Of a stretch of 62,086 nucleotides of DNA, positions 1 to 10,237 are shown piece after piece. The DNA is taken from positions 1 to 62,086 of the forward strand of contig CAYLZS010000129.1 in NCBI GenBank assembly GCA_964388065.1. The letters run 5' to 3'. Position numbers and translations under genes: made by a program. Source of the DNA: an uncultured Granulosicoccaceae bacterium (GTDB lineage: Bacteria; Pseudomonadota; Gammaproteobacteria; Granulosicoccales; Granulosicoccaceae). The notes under the pieces are model-generated. The model was given only the letters and a program-made list of their open reading frames with translations. It ran no database searches and was not told the origin of the DNA. Position 1 is the first letter of the stretch. Every line of letters begins with the position of its first letter.

Positions 1-493
1 CTGCAAGCAAGCCTTTAGGATCAGGTTTTGCCCCATAACCACTATCGGCGGCAATCACCACCGAGATAAGGCTTTCTATGCCAATTTTCCGCAAGCAGTA
101 ATGCGTAAATTCGGCGCGGTCATTCGTCAATACACCTAAGCGATAGTCTGCCTTGGACAAAGCCAAAATTGCGCCCTTCACATCTCCCAAAGGCGTGGGA
201 CAGCAGGCTTGAAACATTTCCTGCTCTATCGCCGAACGGACACGAATATCAGACACGGCAGGAATATATTCCTGTACCAAAGCATGCATTTGACTTTGTG
301 AACCTGAGACAAACAGCGAGTATTCAGCATCAAAGCCACTCGAGGTTATCCCAAACAGATTCGCAAAAAATTCAGCCTTATACTTACCTTGGCTAAATTT
401 CGCAAGAGAACGACACAAAACCCACGCGGCTTTGTGCCATGTGGCTTCCATGTCTAATAGAACGCCATCCTTGTCGAAGACGATTGCCTTCAT
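1..493 (-). CDS. HAD-IA family hydrolase (partial; C-terminus lies beyond window start)
   Basis: Absent from the ORF track because it runs off the window. Reverse translation from the ATG at 493..491 gives [20 protein letters not shown]..., with HAD motif I (DKDG), LTND and GAKPDP motifs. Its ATG overlaps the TGA of the upstream ATPase (ATGA), so it is translationally coupled to the ABC operon. Confidence 0.8.
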   Translation of the reverse strand, partial: MKAIVFDKDGVLLDMEATWHKAAWVLCRSLAKFSQGKYKAEFFANLFGITSSGFDAEYSLFVSGSQSQMHALVQEYIPAVSDIRVRSAIEQEMFQACCPTPLGDVKGAILALSKADYRLGVLTNDRAEFTHYCLRKIGIESLISVVIAADSGYGAKPDPKGLLA

Positions 494-2112
494 GCGGATT
501 TTCGAGATTCCAGTAAAGTATCAAGCCAGCTTGGGTCCATTTCAGGCACAGAAGACAACAGAAGTTGCGTATATTCAGGAAACGGAGGATTCAATACCGC
601 GGACTTTGCCCCCTGTTCCACAACCGTGCCTTGATACATCACGACAATTTCATCCGAAATCGCCCGAACTGTTGCAATATCGTGGGTGATAAACAGATAA
701 CTTATTCCATATTCTTCCTGCAGTCGGAGCAGCAGTTTTAAAATACCTTCCTGTACTATCTGATCAAGTGCGGAAGTGACTTCATCACAAATAATAATAT
801 CCGGCTGAGCAGCGAGCGCTCTCGCAATACAAATGCGTTGTTTTTGACCACCAGACAACTCAGACGGAAGTCGATCAAGAAAAGTTTCATCAAGCTCGAT
901 CATCTTAAGCAGTTCCATCAGGCGTTGTTCTTTTTCCTGTCCCTGCAGATTATGGAAAAACTCCAGCGGTCTGGCGATAATATCTTCAACGGTCTGACGC
1001 GGATTCATAGCAGTATCCGCCATCTGATAAATCATTTGTATCCGTCGCAGCTGATCCGGAGTTCGGTCTGCCAGTTTCTCCGGCAACTGTTCACCGTTAA
1101 ACGAAACGGTTCCCGCTGTTTGCGGCAACAAACCTGTGATCACTCTGGCAGCAGTTGACTTACCCGAACCGGACTCACCAACTACAGCTACCGTTTTGCC
1201 ACGAGGAAGTTCGATATTAATGCCGTGCAGCACAGGTGTTTTGCCGTAGGCTGCATCGATATCTTTCAAAGCCAGAACAATATCGTCACTGAGCTGTTCC
1301 GGTTTTTCCAGCGATCTTACTGACCAAAGAGATCGGGTGTACTCCTCCTGCGGAGTCTCAAGCATGGCACGTGTTGGTGCCTGCTCTACTTCTTCACCAA
1401 ACCGCAACACTTTAATGACATCTGCCATTTGCGCCACAACTGCCAGATCGTGCGTAATGTAGATAGCTGCCGTGTTGTACTTATCTACAATTTCCCGCAT
1501 TGCAGATAACACCTCAACCTGGGTAGTTACATCAAGGGCGGTGGTAGGTTCATCAAATATAATCAGGTCGGGCCTTGCCGACATGGCCATGGCCGTCATT
1601 ACGCGCTGCAGTTGCCCGCCAGACACCTGATGCGGGTAGCGTTGCCCAATGCTTGCAGCATCGGGTAGTTGCAAAGAGCCATACAACTCAACAGCATCTT
1701 CCCGTGACTCTGCATCTGTTCGCAGCTGCGCACGCGATGCCGACTCTATGGTTTGATCGATCAGGCGATGCGCAGGATTAAATGCAGCTGCAGCAGATTG
1801 GGCAACATAGGCGATTTTGGTACCCCACAGTTTACGCCGCTGTGATTCTTTAAGGGACAGCAAATCAGTGCCATTAAATTCAACGCTGCCTGCTGTGAAT
1901 CTGCAGCCGGACCTTGCAAAGCCCATTGCCGCCAAACCCAGTGTAGATTTACCCGCACCGGATTCACCGATCAATCCCATCACCTGCCCGCGTTTAAGCT
2001 CGAGGTTGACGCCTTTGATTATCGGGTGCCAGCGCCGATCAGAAAACCCCTCTATATGGATATCCGTCATTCGCAACAGCGTCTGGTCACTTTTTAAGTC
2101 ACTAGTGTTCAT
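490..2112 (-). CDS. Dpp/Opp-type ABC transporter, fused double ATP-binding protein
   Basis: Two Walker A motifs ([18 protein letters not shown]) and two signature motifs ([16 protein letters not shown]). The start is placed at the internal Met (MNTSDLKS...) because the family N-terminus LLxMxDIHIEG follows it. The track ORF extends to 2154. Confidence 0.9.
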   Translation of the reverse strand: MNTSDLKSDQTLLRMTDIHIEGFSDRRWHPIIKGVNLELKRGQVMGLIGESGAGKSTLGLAAMGFARSGCRFTAGSVEFNGTDLLSLKESQRRKLWGTKIAYVAQSAAAAFNPAHRLIDQTIESASRAQLRTDAESREDAVELYGSLQLPDAASIGQRYPHQVSGGQLQRVMTAMAMSARPDLIIFDEPTTALDVTTQVEVLSAMREIVDKYNTAAIYITHDLAVVAQMADVIKVLRFGEEVEQAPTRAMLETPQEEYTRSLWSVRSLEKPEQLSDDIVLALKDIDAAYGKTPVLHGINIELPRGKTVAVVGESGSGKSTAARVITGLLPQTAGTVSFNGEQLPEKLADRTPDQLRRIQMIYQMADTAMNPRQTVEDIIARPLEFFHNLQGQEKEQRLMELLKMIELDETFLDRLPSELSGGQKQRICIARALAAQPDIIICDEVTSALDQIVQEGILKLLLRLQEEYGISYLFITHDIATVRAISDEIVVMYQGTVVEQGAKSAVLNPPFPEYTQLLLSSVPEMDPSWLDTLLESRKSA

Positions 2113-3049
2113 CGCGCAGTCCACTGGTTTTGTGCAGGAACCAATCAACGACAAAATTTACAGCAACTGTTAACAAGCCAATTGCTGCAGCTGGTAACAA
2201 CGGTGTCAGGCCTGCTTTGATGTCATATTGCGCAAATTGAATTAGTGACGCGTTGTCACGTACCATTGAACCCCAGTCAGCTGTGGGTGGTTGTATACCA
2301 ACGCCCAGAAAGGAAAGCGCGGCAATGGTTAAAAATACAAACGAAAAACGCAAGCCAAATTCAGCCACCAGTGGCGGCATTATATTTGGCAGGATTTCTT
2401 TTTTCATGACCCAGCCAAGCTTTTCACCACGCAAGCGGGCAACCTCCACGTAGTCCATTACCGCAACGTTAATGGCAACTGATCGGGTTAGTCGGAATAC
2501 ACGGGTGGAATCGAGGACCGCAATGATAATAATGATACTAAGGACACTCGGCTTAAAGATTGAAAGCAGCACCAGTGCAAAAATAAGACTGGGAATAGCC
2601 ATCAATACATCAACAGTTCTACTCAACAACTGATCGAGCCAGCTGCGATTTATTGCCGCAACCAGGCCAAGCCCTCCACCAATTAAAAAAGAAAGCACGG
2701 TAGTAACCAGCGCAATACCCATTGTATTGCGGGCACCATAGATAAGTCTGCTAAGAATATCGCGACCTATTTGATCTGTGCCAAAACGATGGGTTTCATC
2801 CCATGGGGCGAAGGGTGCCGGAAATATTTCTGCCTCACCGTAGGGTGCAATCCACGGTGCAAACAGCGCAACAATAATATAACCAAGCACTACAATCATG
2901 CCGAACCATGCAGACAACGGCGCTTCTTTTAAGGTTAGCCACCATCGCTCGGCACGTGACCGTCTTTTGCGTACAGCACCGACTTCACCGGCGGCACTGT
3001 AACTTTGCGATTCGTTTTTTGAGTGACTGTTGTTTTGTAAATTCGTCAC
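2102..3049 (-). CDS. ABC transporter permease, DppC/OppC-like
   Basis: 315-aa multi-TM protein with a BPD-transporter-type core (RLIYGARNTMGIAL..., EVARLRGEK...). Sits in an operon with a second permease and the ATPase. Confidence 0.85.
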   Translation of the reverse strand: MTNLQNNSHSKNESQSYSAAGEVGAVRKRRSRAERWWLTLKEAPLSAWFGMIVVLGYIIVALFAPWIAPYGEAEIFPAPFAPWDETHRFGTDQIGRDILSRLIYGARNTMGIALVTTVLSFLIGGGLGLVAAINRSWLDQLLSRTVDVLMAIPSLIFALVLLSIFKPSVLSIIIIIAVLDSTRVFRLTRSVAINVAVMDYVEVARLRGEKLGWVMKKEILPNIMPPLVAEFGLRFSFVFLTIAALSFLGVGIQPPTADWGSMVRDNASLIQFAQYDIKAGLTPLLPAAAIGLLTVAVNFVVDWFLHKTSGLRDEH

Positions 3050-3104
3050 TGGTGAAATTTACCCGACCGACTATTTCCCGGCTGATTTTTGCGGAAGTGT
3101 TGAA

Positions 3105-4085
3105 TCATCGAGGATGCAGAAGCCTCGGGTTGGTGACAATACCAATCACATCGGCTATCAGGTTTAGAATAATATAAGTGGCAGCAAAGATCAGTGCACA
3201 GGCCTGCACTACGGGTATATCACGCGAGGTTACCGAGTCTACCATTAACTGGCCAATACCCGGGTAGACAAACACCACTTCAACCACCACTACACCTACC
3301 ACCAGAAATGCCAGATTAAACGCAATAACTGTGGCGATCGGTGCCCATGCGTTTGGCAGAGCGTGTTTTAAAATGATCTCGGAACGTGATGCACCCTTGA
3401 GCCGGGCCATTTCAATATAGGGACTTGCCAGCAGGTTAATAATTGCAGCGCGTGTCATGCGCATCATGTGTGCGACGATCACCAAAGTTAATGTGATGGC
3501 TGGCAATGCGATGCGCTTCAACCGCTCGCCTAATGCCATGTCGGCATCAACAGTGGCCAGTGACGGAAACACCTGCCACAGGGAGGCAAACAACAGGATC
3601 AATACATAGGCAACAAAAAACTCCGGCATTGAAATAGTCGTAATGGTGGTGACGTTAACGCTGCGGTCATACCAGGAGTTTCGATACAAGGCAGCGGTTA
3701 ACCCCAAAAACAATGCGAGCGGGACCGCTATAACTGCTGTCACACCTGCCAAAAACAGGGTGTTTTTCAGGCGTGGTGTAATCATCTCCGCGACGGATCG
3801 CGATCTGTCCTGTCCCGATGCCGAGCGACCTGAAAAAGAGGTGCCCAGATCGCCTTTTGCGACCGATTTTACCCAATCCAGATATCTGAGAGGCGCGGGT
3901 TTGTCGAGTCCGAGCTCTTTTCTGAAATTTGCGACCGTTTCCTCAGTGGCCGCCTGCCCCAGCACGGCCTCACCGAAATCACCCGGCAATAGCGAAATTG
4001 CACTGAAAATGATCGCAGACACCACAAAAAGAGTCACCAATCCCAGTAATAGTCGCTTTACAATGGTGATTAGTACAGGATGCAA
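3105..4085 (-). CDS. ABC transporter permease, DppB/OppB-like
   Basis: 326 aa. Typical N-terminus MHPVLITIVKRLLLGLVTLFVVSAIIF, and a YIEMARLKG motif typical of DppB-type permeases. Confidence 0.85.
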   Translation of the reverse strand: MHPVLITIVKRLLLGLVTLFVVSAIIFSAISLLPGDFGEAVLGQAATEETVANFRKELGLDKPAPLRYLDWVKSVAKGDLGTSFSGRSASGQDRSRSVAEMITPRLKNTLFLAGVTAVIAVPLALFLGLTAALYRNSWYDRSVNVTTITTISMPEFFVAYVLILLFASLWQVFPSLATVDADMALGERLKRIALPAITLTLVIVAHMMRMTRAAIINLLASPYIEMARLKGASRSEIILKHALPNAWAPIATVIAFNLAFLVVGVVVVEVVFVYPGIGQLMVDSVTSRDIPVVQACALIFAATYIILNLIADVIGIVTNPRLLHPR

Positions 4086-4306
4086 TTATTCCAAGCCTGA
4101 ATTGTTACGGATTGATTTGTTATAGTGAGTGTCAATGGTGCAGTATACCGCTCTCAATTTGTTACTGTACCAATGGACAGCAATACCGTCTAACCCATTG
4201 CGACATGCGACACCATGGCACATTCCGGTCATAAGTTGGTAATGCAACGCGATACGAGAGAACTTCGGATGGCTCAATAGAACACCACTACACTTGAGGA
4301 AAATCA

Positions 4307-5908
4307 ATGAAAAAAGATATTGTTATCGAACACGCAGCTCACCTGACTGCCGGACGTATAAGCCGCCGAAAGTTCATCATGACGGCGCTCGCGGCTGGTG
4401 CAACATTGCCAATGGCAATGTCAATTGCAACCAATGCAATTGCAGCAACACCCGCTAAAGGTGGTCTCCTGCGACAAGGCCACGGCCACGGCTCTACCAC
4501 AGACTCGCTTGATCCGGGAACATCAGAAAACGGGTTCACACAGTCGCTGCTCTATACCTACGGCAACCATCTGACCGAGGTTGGCAGTGACGGCTCACTG
4601 ATACCGGAACTGGCAGAGAGTTTCGAGCCCTCCGATGGTGCAAAAAAATGGGTATTCAAACTGCGCAATGGCGTTGAGTTTCACAATGGCAAAACACTTA
4701 CCGCCGATGATATCATCGCCACCTACAACTATCATCGCGGTGAAGAGTCGAAATCTGCTGCAAAAGGTTTACTGACAGCAGTCACCGACATCAAAAAAGA
4801 CGGCGACGATACCGTTATATTTGAACTTGAAGCCGGCAATGCCGACTTTCCTTATATCGTCAGTGACTATCACCTGGTTGTGCAACCTTCTAAAGACGGC
4901 ACAATTGACGCGTTGTCTGGTATTGGCACCGGTGGCTACATTCTGGATACTTTCGAGCCAGGCGTACGTGCAGCTGGTAAGCGCAACCCTAACTTTAAGG
5001 AGGGCAGCGCACACTTTGATGAAATTGAACTGCTCTCAATTGTTGACGTCACTGCACGCCAGAACGCCATTATGAACGGCGATGTTGATGTGATAGACAA
5101 TGTCGATCCAAAAACCGTTGCTCTGCTGGCCCGCGCTCCAAACCTCGATATTCTCGAAACCACGGGTACCCAGCACTACACGTTCCCAATGCGTCTTGAC
5201 GTCGATCCATTCGGAAATAACGATCTTCGACTGGCACTTAAGTACGCCATCAAGCGTCAGGAACTGGTTGATAAAATCCTTCTCGGCCACGGTAAAGTCG
5301 GTAATGACATCCCTGTCTCAGCGGCAATGCCGTTTCTCAATACAGATCTTGAACAGCGTGAATTCAACCCTGAAAAAGCAGCCGAGCACTATAAGAAGTC
5401 TGGCCACAGTGGCACCATCAAGCTGTCTGCAGCTGACGCTGCTTTCGCCGGTGCTGTTGATGCCGCACAGCTTATTGCGGCATCCGCCAAAGAAGCAGGT
5501 ATTGCAATTGAAGTCGTTCGCGAACCCAAAGACGGTTACTGGTCAAACGTCTGGAATAAGAAAGGCTGGTGCGCCTGCTACTGGGGCGGTCGACCAACTC
5601 AGGACTGGATGTATTCTTCAGCTTACACAGCCGACACTGAGTGGAACGACACAGCCTGGAAAGACACAGATGCTGCGAAGCAGTTTAACGACACTGTGGT
5701 TTCAGCACGCTCTGAGACTGACGAGAATAAGCGTAAGGGTCAGTACTTTGAAGCTCAGAAATTACTGCATGACGATGGCGGCGCAATCGTTGCGATGTGG
5801 GCCAACTACATCCATGCACATTCAAAGAAACTTACCCACCATGACAATGTCGCTGCAAACTGGCAGAACGATGGCAACAAAATCGCCGAACGCTGGTGGT
5901 TTTCATAA
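4307..5908 (+). CDS. ABC substrate-binding protein, family 5 (peptide/nickel type), Tat-type signal
   Basis: 533 aa. Twin-arginine signal SRRKFIMTALAAGATLPMAM...AIA. SBP_bac_5-like body. Divergent from the permease/ATPase operon. Confidence 0.85.
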   Translation: MKKDIVIEHAAHLTAGRISRRKFIMTALAAGATLPMAMSIATNAIAATPAKGGLLRQGHGHGSTTDSLDPGTSENGFTQSLLYTYGNHLTEVGSDGSLIPELAESFEPSDGAKKWVFKLRNGVEFHNGKTLTADDIIATYNYHRGEESKSAAKGLLTAVTDIKKDGDDTVIFELEAGNADFPYIVSDYHLVVQPSKDGTIDALSGIGTGGYILDTFEPGVRAAGKRNPNFKEGSAHFDEIELLSIVDVTARQNAIMNGDVDVIDNVDPKTVALLARAPNLDILETTGTQHYTFPMRLDVDPFGNNDLRLALKYAIKRQELVDKILLGHGKVGNDIPVSAAMPFLNTDLEQREFNPEKAAEHYKKSGHSGTIKLSAADAAFAGAVDAAQLIAASAKEAGIAIEVVREPKDGYWSNVWNKKGWCACYWGGRPTQDWMYSSAYTADTEWNDTAWKDTDAAKQFNDTVVSARSETDENKRKGQYFEAQKLLHDDGGAIVAMWANYIHAHSKKLTHHDNVAANWQNDGNKIAERWWFS

Positions 5909-5935
5909 TTGTAGTTTTGCAGTAGTCTAAACAAA

Positions 5936-5967
5936 GCTGGTGATTGTGAAATCGCCGGCTTTTTTTT
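5936..5967 (+). terminator. Rho-independent terminator after the SBP gene
   Basis: GCTGGTGAT-TGTGAA-ATCGCCGGC forms a 9-bp stem with two G-U pairs, followed by T8. Confidence 0.6.
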
Positions 5968-6003
5968 CGTCTGTTCCAACAATCACAACCGAGGAAAATA
6001 ACA

Positions 6004-6366
6004 ATGGCACTGGAAGATAAGGTGTGCACACTGGTACCGTACTTTACCGTTCAGGATGGCAAGTTAGATGAGTTCAAAGCAATTGGTGAGCAAATGGTTG
6101 CAAAAACCAAAACTGAAGACGACGTAGTGTTCTACGGCTTTAGTTTCAGCGGTCAACGCGCTCATTGCCGTGAAGGCTACAAAAATGCTGCAGGCGTACT
6201 GAAACACCTGGAAAATGTTGGCGAGCTTTTGCAACAGGCATTAAGCATTGCAAGCGTGGACTCAGTGGAAGTTCACGGACCCGCATCCGAAATTGCAGCG
6301 TTGCAGGAGCCGCTTAAAGATTTGAACCCCACTTACTTCACAATGGAAACCGGGTTCCGTAGGTAA
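6004..6366 (+). CDS. ABM-domain (antibiotic biosynthesis monooxygenase-like) small protein
   Basis: 120 aa. The pattern TLVPYFTVQDGKLDEFKAIGEQMVAKTKTEDDVVFYGF...REGYKNAAGVLKHL fits the ferredoxin-like ABM fold. The call is from memory of that family. Confidence 0.55.
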   Translation: MALEDKVCTLVPYFTVQDGKLDEFKAIGEQMVAKTKTEDDVVFYGFSFSGQRAHCREGYKNAAGVLKHLENVGELLQQALSIASVDSVEVHGPASEIAALQEPLKDLNPTYFTMETGFRR

Positions 6367-6486
6367 CTATATAAACGTAATTAGATAAGCGCATTGCGTT
6401 AAACGTAGCACGATAAACACCATCAAAAGTTGCGTGGCATGTGAAATGCCGCGCCGCCCAACAACTAATCGCTTCCGAGGCAGATC

Positions 6487-7875
6487 ATGGCAGGCCGTAC
6501 CGTTAAAAACCGGATGACTATCGCTCCCTCGCCTAAAACCGGTTCTGAAGCCGGTTCTGAAGCCGGTTCCGAGTCTGGCTACGTTCCGGGCTTTGGCAAT
6601 GATTTTGAAACCGAGGCACTGCCCGGCGCACTGCCACAGGGACGCAACAGCCCGCAACAATGCCCGTATGGTTTATACGCAGAACAGCTTTCCGGTACTG
6701 CTTTCACTGCTCCGCGTGGTCAGAATGAACGCACCTGGTGTTACCGGATCAGACCTTCAGTAAAGCACGTTGGTCGGTTCAAAAAAATTGAATTGCCCTA
6801 CTGGAAGTCAGCACCGCATATTCTTGATGATGTAACTTCGTTAGGCCAGTACCGGTGGGATCCAATCCCGCACACAGGTGATGACCTTACCTTTATTAGC
6901 GGCATGCGCACCATAACGACAGCGGGAGATGTAAATACACAGACTGGCATGGCATCTAACGTATATCTTGCAACCACCTCCATGATTGACGACTACTTCT
7001 ACTCAGCCGACAGCGAGCTTTTAGTTGTACCGCAACAAGGTACTTTAAAGTTTATTACCGAGCTTGGCATTATTACTCTTGAACCTCAGGAAATTGCCAT
7101 CATCCCCCGAGGCCTGGTATACCGCGTTGAAGTGATTGACGGTCCGGCTCGAGGATTTGTCTGCGAAAACTACGCTCAGAAATTTGATCTGCCAAACAGA
7201 GGTCCGATTGGTGCGAACTGCCTTGCTAACCCGCGCGACTTTAAAACTCCGGTAGCCGCATTTGAAGACCGGGAAGTTACATCGACCGTTACAATTAAAT
7301 GGTGTGGGCAGTTTCACCAGTCAACTATTGATCACTCCCCTCTTGATGTTGTTGCGTGGCATGGAAACTACGCGCCTGTTAAATACGACTTAAAAACCTT
7401 CAGCCCGGTAGGTGCGATTTTGTTTGACCACCCCGACCCGTCAATTTTCACTGTCCTTACTGCACCTTCACCAGTAGAGGGTACGGCGAACATAGATTTT
7501 GTGTTGTTCAGAGACCGATGGATGGTGGCCGAGAATACCTTCAGGCCCCCCTGGTATCACAAGAATATAATGTCCGAACTGATGGGCAATATACATGGCG
7601 TATACGATGCCAAGCCAGACGGCTTCAGTCCGGGTGGCATGAGCCTGCACAATATGATGTTGCCACACGGGCCCGATAAAAACGCCTTTGAAAAGGCAAG
7701 CAGTGAACCGATGGAGCCGCACTATCTGGCCGATACTATGTCGTTTATGTTTGAGACTCGATTCCCGCAACATCTAACGAAGTATGCAGGACAGGAAGCA
7801 CCACTACAGGACAACTACGCTGATTGCTGGATTGATATGGAAAAAAAGTTTGATGGCAGCAATAAGCAATCATGA
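6487..7875 (+). CDS. hmgA: homogentisate 1,2-dioxygenase
   Basis: [43 protein letters not shown] is the hallmark HmgA N-terminal block. Length is 462 aa, including a ~30-aa low-complexity N-terminal extension. Confidence 0.9.
   Translation: MAGRTVKNRMTIAPSPKTGSEAGSEAGSESGYVPGFGNDFETEALPGALPQGRNSPQQCPYGLYAEQLSGTAFTAPRGQNERTWCYRIRPSVKHVGRFKKIELPYWKSAPHILDDVTSLGQYRWDPIPHTGDDLTFISGMRTITTAGDVNTQTGMASNVYLATTSMIDDYFYSADSELLVVPQQGTLKFITELGIITLEPQEIAIIPRGLVYRVEVIDGPARGFVCENYAQKFDLPNRGPIGANCLANPRDFKTPVAAFEDREVTSTVTIKWCGQFHQSTIDHSPLDVVAWHGNYAPVKYDLKTFSPVGAILFDHPDPSIFTVLTAPSPVEGTANIDFVLFRDRWMVAENTFRPPWYHKNIMSELMGNIHGVYDAKPDGFSPGGMSLHNMMLPHGPDKNAFEKASSEPMEPHYLADTMSFMFETRFPQHLTKYAGQEAPLQDNYADCWIDMEKKFDGSNKQS
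6541..6576. repeat. 12-bp tandem repeat x3 (GGTTCTGAAGCC x2, GGTTCCGAGTCT), in frame in the hmgA 5' end
   Basis: Read directly from the sequence. Encodes [12 protein letters not shown]. Confidence 0.9.
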
Positions 7876-7911
7876 AGTTTGAATCAGCATTAGTAGCGAG
7901 GGTTATAAGCA

Positions 7912-8202
7912 ATGAGGATAATCGCGTACTTCGAAGACAGCGCTAACATGATGGCGCATAGAGCCAAATACGAACCGGATCATTTGCAGTACCTAAAAGA
8001 AAACCAAAAAGAAATACCCATTGCCGGTGGCTTGCGACCAGAGCCGGGTGGGAAATTTGTTGGTGGTCTGTGGGTGATGGAGGTTGACTCGTTTGAGCGC
8101 GCAGAAGAGCTGGTGCAAAACGATCCCTACTATGCTCCTGAACTCAGAACATACAAGCTACTGGTATGGGGAAAAGCGCATGAGGGAGCAGTTGTTTTAT
8201 AG
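7912..8202 (+). CDS. YciI-family protein
   Basis: 96 aa. AGGLRPEPGGKFVGGLWVMEVDSFERAEELVQNDPYY matches the YCII domain pattern. Confidence 0.75.
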   Translation: MRIIAYFEDSANMMAHRAKYEPDHLQYLKENQKEIPIAGGLRPEPGGKFVGGLWVMEVDSFERAEELVQNDPYYAPELRTYKLLVWGKAHEGAVVL

Positions 8203-8244
8203 TAGAGTCTTACAGGTCGATTTACCTTTACTCGATCACTGATT

Positions 8245-9873
8245 TTAAGCCGCGAATACACGACCACCCTGTACAGCACCCCAGACTCTGACATCGCGAA
8301 GTTTCTCACCACCGATTTCGGTTGGATCATCTTCAAGCACAGCAAAATCAGCATGCTTACCTGATTCAATGGAACCCACCTCATGATCAAGTCTTAAGGT
8401 ATAGGCTGCACCCAGAGTAATGGCGTACAAAGCATCGTCAACCGATATTTTTTCGTACTCACCCTGTACCCGGCCAGATGCCGTCATTCTGTTAACAGCG
8501 CACCATGCGGTAAACAACGGCCCCAACGGAGTGATTGGCGCATCGGAGTGAATACCCATGGGCAAATCATTGGCGAGAGCTGTTCGACAGGCATTCATGC
8601 GCTCGGCGCGTTCCGGACCAACAGTTAAGCGATAGTGCTCGTCTCCCCAGTAATAATGATGATTGGCAAACAGATTAACGCACATATTAAGCTTTGCCAT
8701 TCGTCTAAATTGAGCAGCATCTGCCAACTGGCAATGCTGCAGTGTAAAGCGATGATCAGCAACCGGGTAACGAGCCAGTGATCGCTCAAAGGTATCCAGT
8801 GCCAGTTCAGTCGCCTGATCACCGTTAGTATGAGTGTGTACACACAAACCGTTTTGCAACGCAAGGTCATAGGTTTCCTGTAACTGCTCCGGTGCGATAT
8901 ACCACAGACCGTTAGGTGCGCCATTAAAGTAACCTGGAAATCGCAGCCGGGCCGAGAAGCCCTGAATTGAGCCATCGGCCGCGACTTTGATCATGCCCAG
9001 TCGACATCGATCAGTGGACTTTTCTTTTAGCGATAACGCATGCTGAATTAATTCTGTCGGTGTTAATCCCTGAAAAAATCGCAATGGTACTACTCGCGCA
9101 GGAAAATCGTGCTCAGAGGTGACTCTGATCATCATGTCTGCAGCATCATCATTCATACGAGCTGCCAAATCAGTCACGGTAGTAACACCGGAACGCACAC
9201 AAAGCTTGCCAAAGTCGCGTAAGCCGCGTTCATCGCAAGCCAGAATCTCGCGATTAAACCCGACATGTATACCAACCGGTGTCATCACATCGGGACCCTT
9301 TAACTCACCAGTTGGATAACCATCATCACCCAGTGGCACACCGGGATGATCGATACCTGTTCTGAGCATCCCCGCCAGTTCAAGTGCTTTTGAGTTGACG
9401 TTCATAATGTGCCCGGACGCATTAAGCACGCCGACAGGTCGCGTTGTAGAAACGCGGTCGAGATCGAAGCGACTAACGCGTTTATTATTGAAGTAAATAG
9501 CATCAAGCTGCCAGCCTGACAGTGCTGCATCCGGGTCCGTTAAAAGTGCATCGGCATCTTTTAATCGTTGCAATACCTCGTCAATATTTTTTGCACCACT
9601 CCAGGTTTTGCCATCCGGATCGGTGCGATCAAAATACCCACAATAGACAAACCGCCACAGAGTACCTTCCATAGTATGAGAATGACCCTCCACGAGCCCG
9701 GGCATGAGAATCTTATCGGCAAACTGATCATCAAGCTGGTACTCACCCCAGCGCGATAACTCATCAACAGAGCCCGCACTGACAATGCGCCCGTCACGAA
9801 CGGCCACATGGCTGACAACCGGACGCGCCGGATTCATGGTGATTATTTTCTTTGCAGAATAGATGGTAATCAT
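8245..9873 (-). CDS. amidohydrolase-3 family metal-dependent hydrolase (YtcJ-like)
   Basis: N-terminus AKKIITMNP...AVRDGRIVSAGS, an HxH metal motif (GLVEGHSHTMEG), and C-terminal GSIESGKHADFAVLEDDP. The start is placed at ATG 9873; the track ORF starts at a TTG at 9939. Confidence 0.8.
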   Translation of the reverse strand: MITIYSAKKIITMNPARPVVSHVAVRDGRIVSAGSVDELSRWGEYQLDDQFADKILMPGLVEGHSHTMEGTLWRFVYCGYFDRTDPDGKTWSGAKNIDEVLQRLKDADALLTDPDAALSGWQLDAIYFNNKRVSRFDLDRVSTTRPVGVLNASGHIMNVNSKALELAGMLRTGIDHPGVPLGDDGYPTGELKGPDVMTPVGIHVGFNREILACDERGLRDFGKLCVRSGVTTVTDLAARMNDDAADMMIRVTSEHDFPARVVPLRFFQGLTPTELIQHALSLKEKSTDRCRLGMIKVAADGSIQGFSARLRFPGYFNGAPNGLWYIAPEQLQETYDLALQNGLCVHTHTNGDQATELALDTFERSLARYPVADHRFTLQHCQLADAAQFRRMAKLNMCVNLFANHHYYWGDEHYRLTVGPERAERMNACRTALANDLPMGIHSDAPITPLGPLFTAWCAVNRMTASGRVQGEYEKISVDDALYAITLGAAYTLRLDHEVGSIESGKHADFAVLEDDPTEIGGEKLRDVRVWGAVQGGRVFAA

Positions 9874-10089
9874 AAGCAACCACTGAGTGAGCCTCGACAA
9901 TATATTCCGAAACCGCTTTTTCAGCAAAGTACGCCACAATGCTGCTATTACGTCGGTCTTCGCTTGACTGTAATTGGGAAAAATGTAGTAATGATTGCTA
10001 GGTTTATTACGGCAGACAGTCCACCATGCTGTGGCAATCCGGAATTGCCCCGGGACTTTGCCGCAATCGAATGACGAATGATCTGCTTA

Positions 10090-10166
10090 TTTACAGGCCG
10101 ATTTACAGGACCGAAGTGAAGCACCGATGTGAAGAACCGATGTGAAGAACCGATGTGAAGCACTGA
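10090..10166. repeat. Compound tandem array: 12/13-bp unit x2 (TTTACAGG(C/AC)CGA), then 13-bp unit x4 (TGTGAAGAACCGA-like)
   Basis: Read directly. Six consecutive units; five end in CCGA and the sixth in CTGA. Lies in the divergent intergenic region between the amidohydrolase and the SBP gene. Confidence 0.9.
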
Positions 10167-10237
10167 CATACTGGTTTCAATCGCCCGTTATTTAAGCGCA
10201 GATATTCGCAGGCGCAGTACAGACAGAGGAAATAAAC

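Noticed and set aside
4086-4307. 73-aa minus-strand ORF filling the divergent spacer between the permease operon and the SBP gene.
   Set aside because: It occupies exactly the promoter region for two divergent operons, has no RBS and has a Cys/His-rich odd composition. It is most likely spurious.
5100-5930. 276-aa ORF in an alternative frame of the family-5 SBP gene. Similar long shadow ORFs occur at 3643..4125, 19705..20154, 29553..30053, 18102..18536 and 57199..57657.
   Set aside because: All lie entirely inside genes with strong family motifs and have the Ser/Thr/Leu/Arg-rich low-complexity composition typical of off-frame or antisense reading. They have no RBS or independent motifs.
6367-6660. 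97-aa minus-strand ORF containing [13 protein letters not shown].
   Set aside because: It is the antisense reading of the 12-bp repeat at the hmgA 5' end and of the upstream spacer. hmgA on the plus strand is unambiguous.
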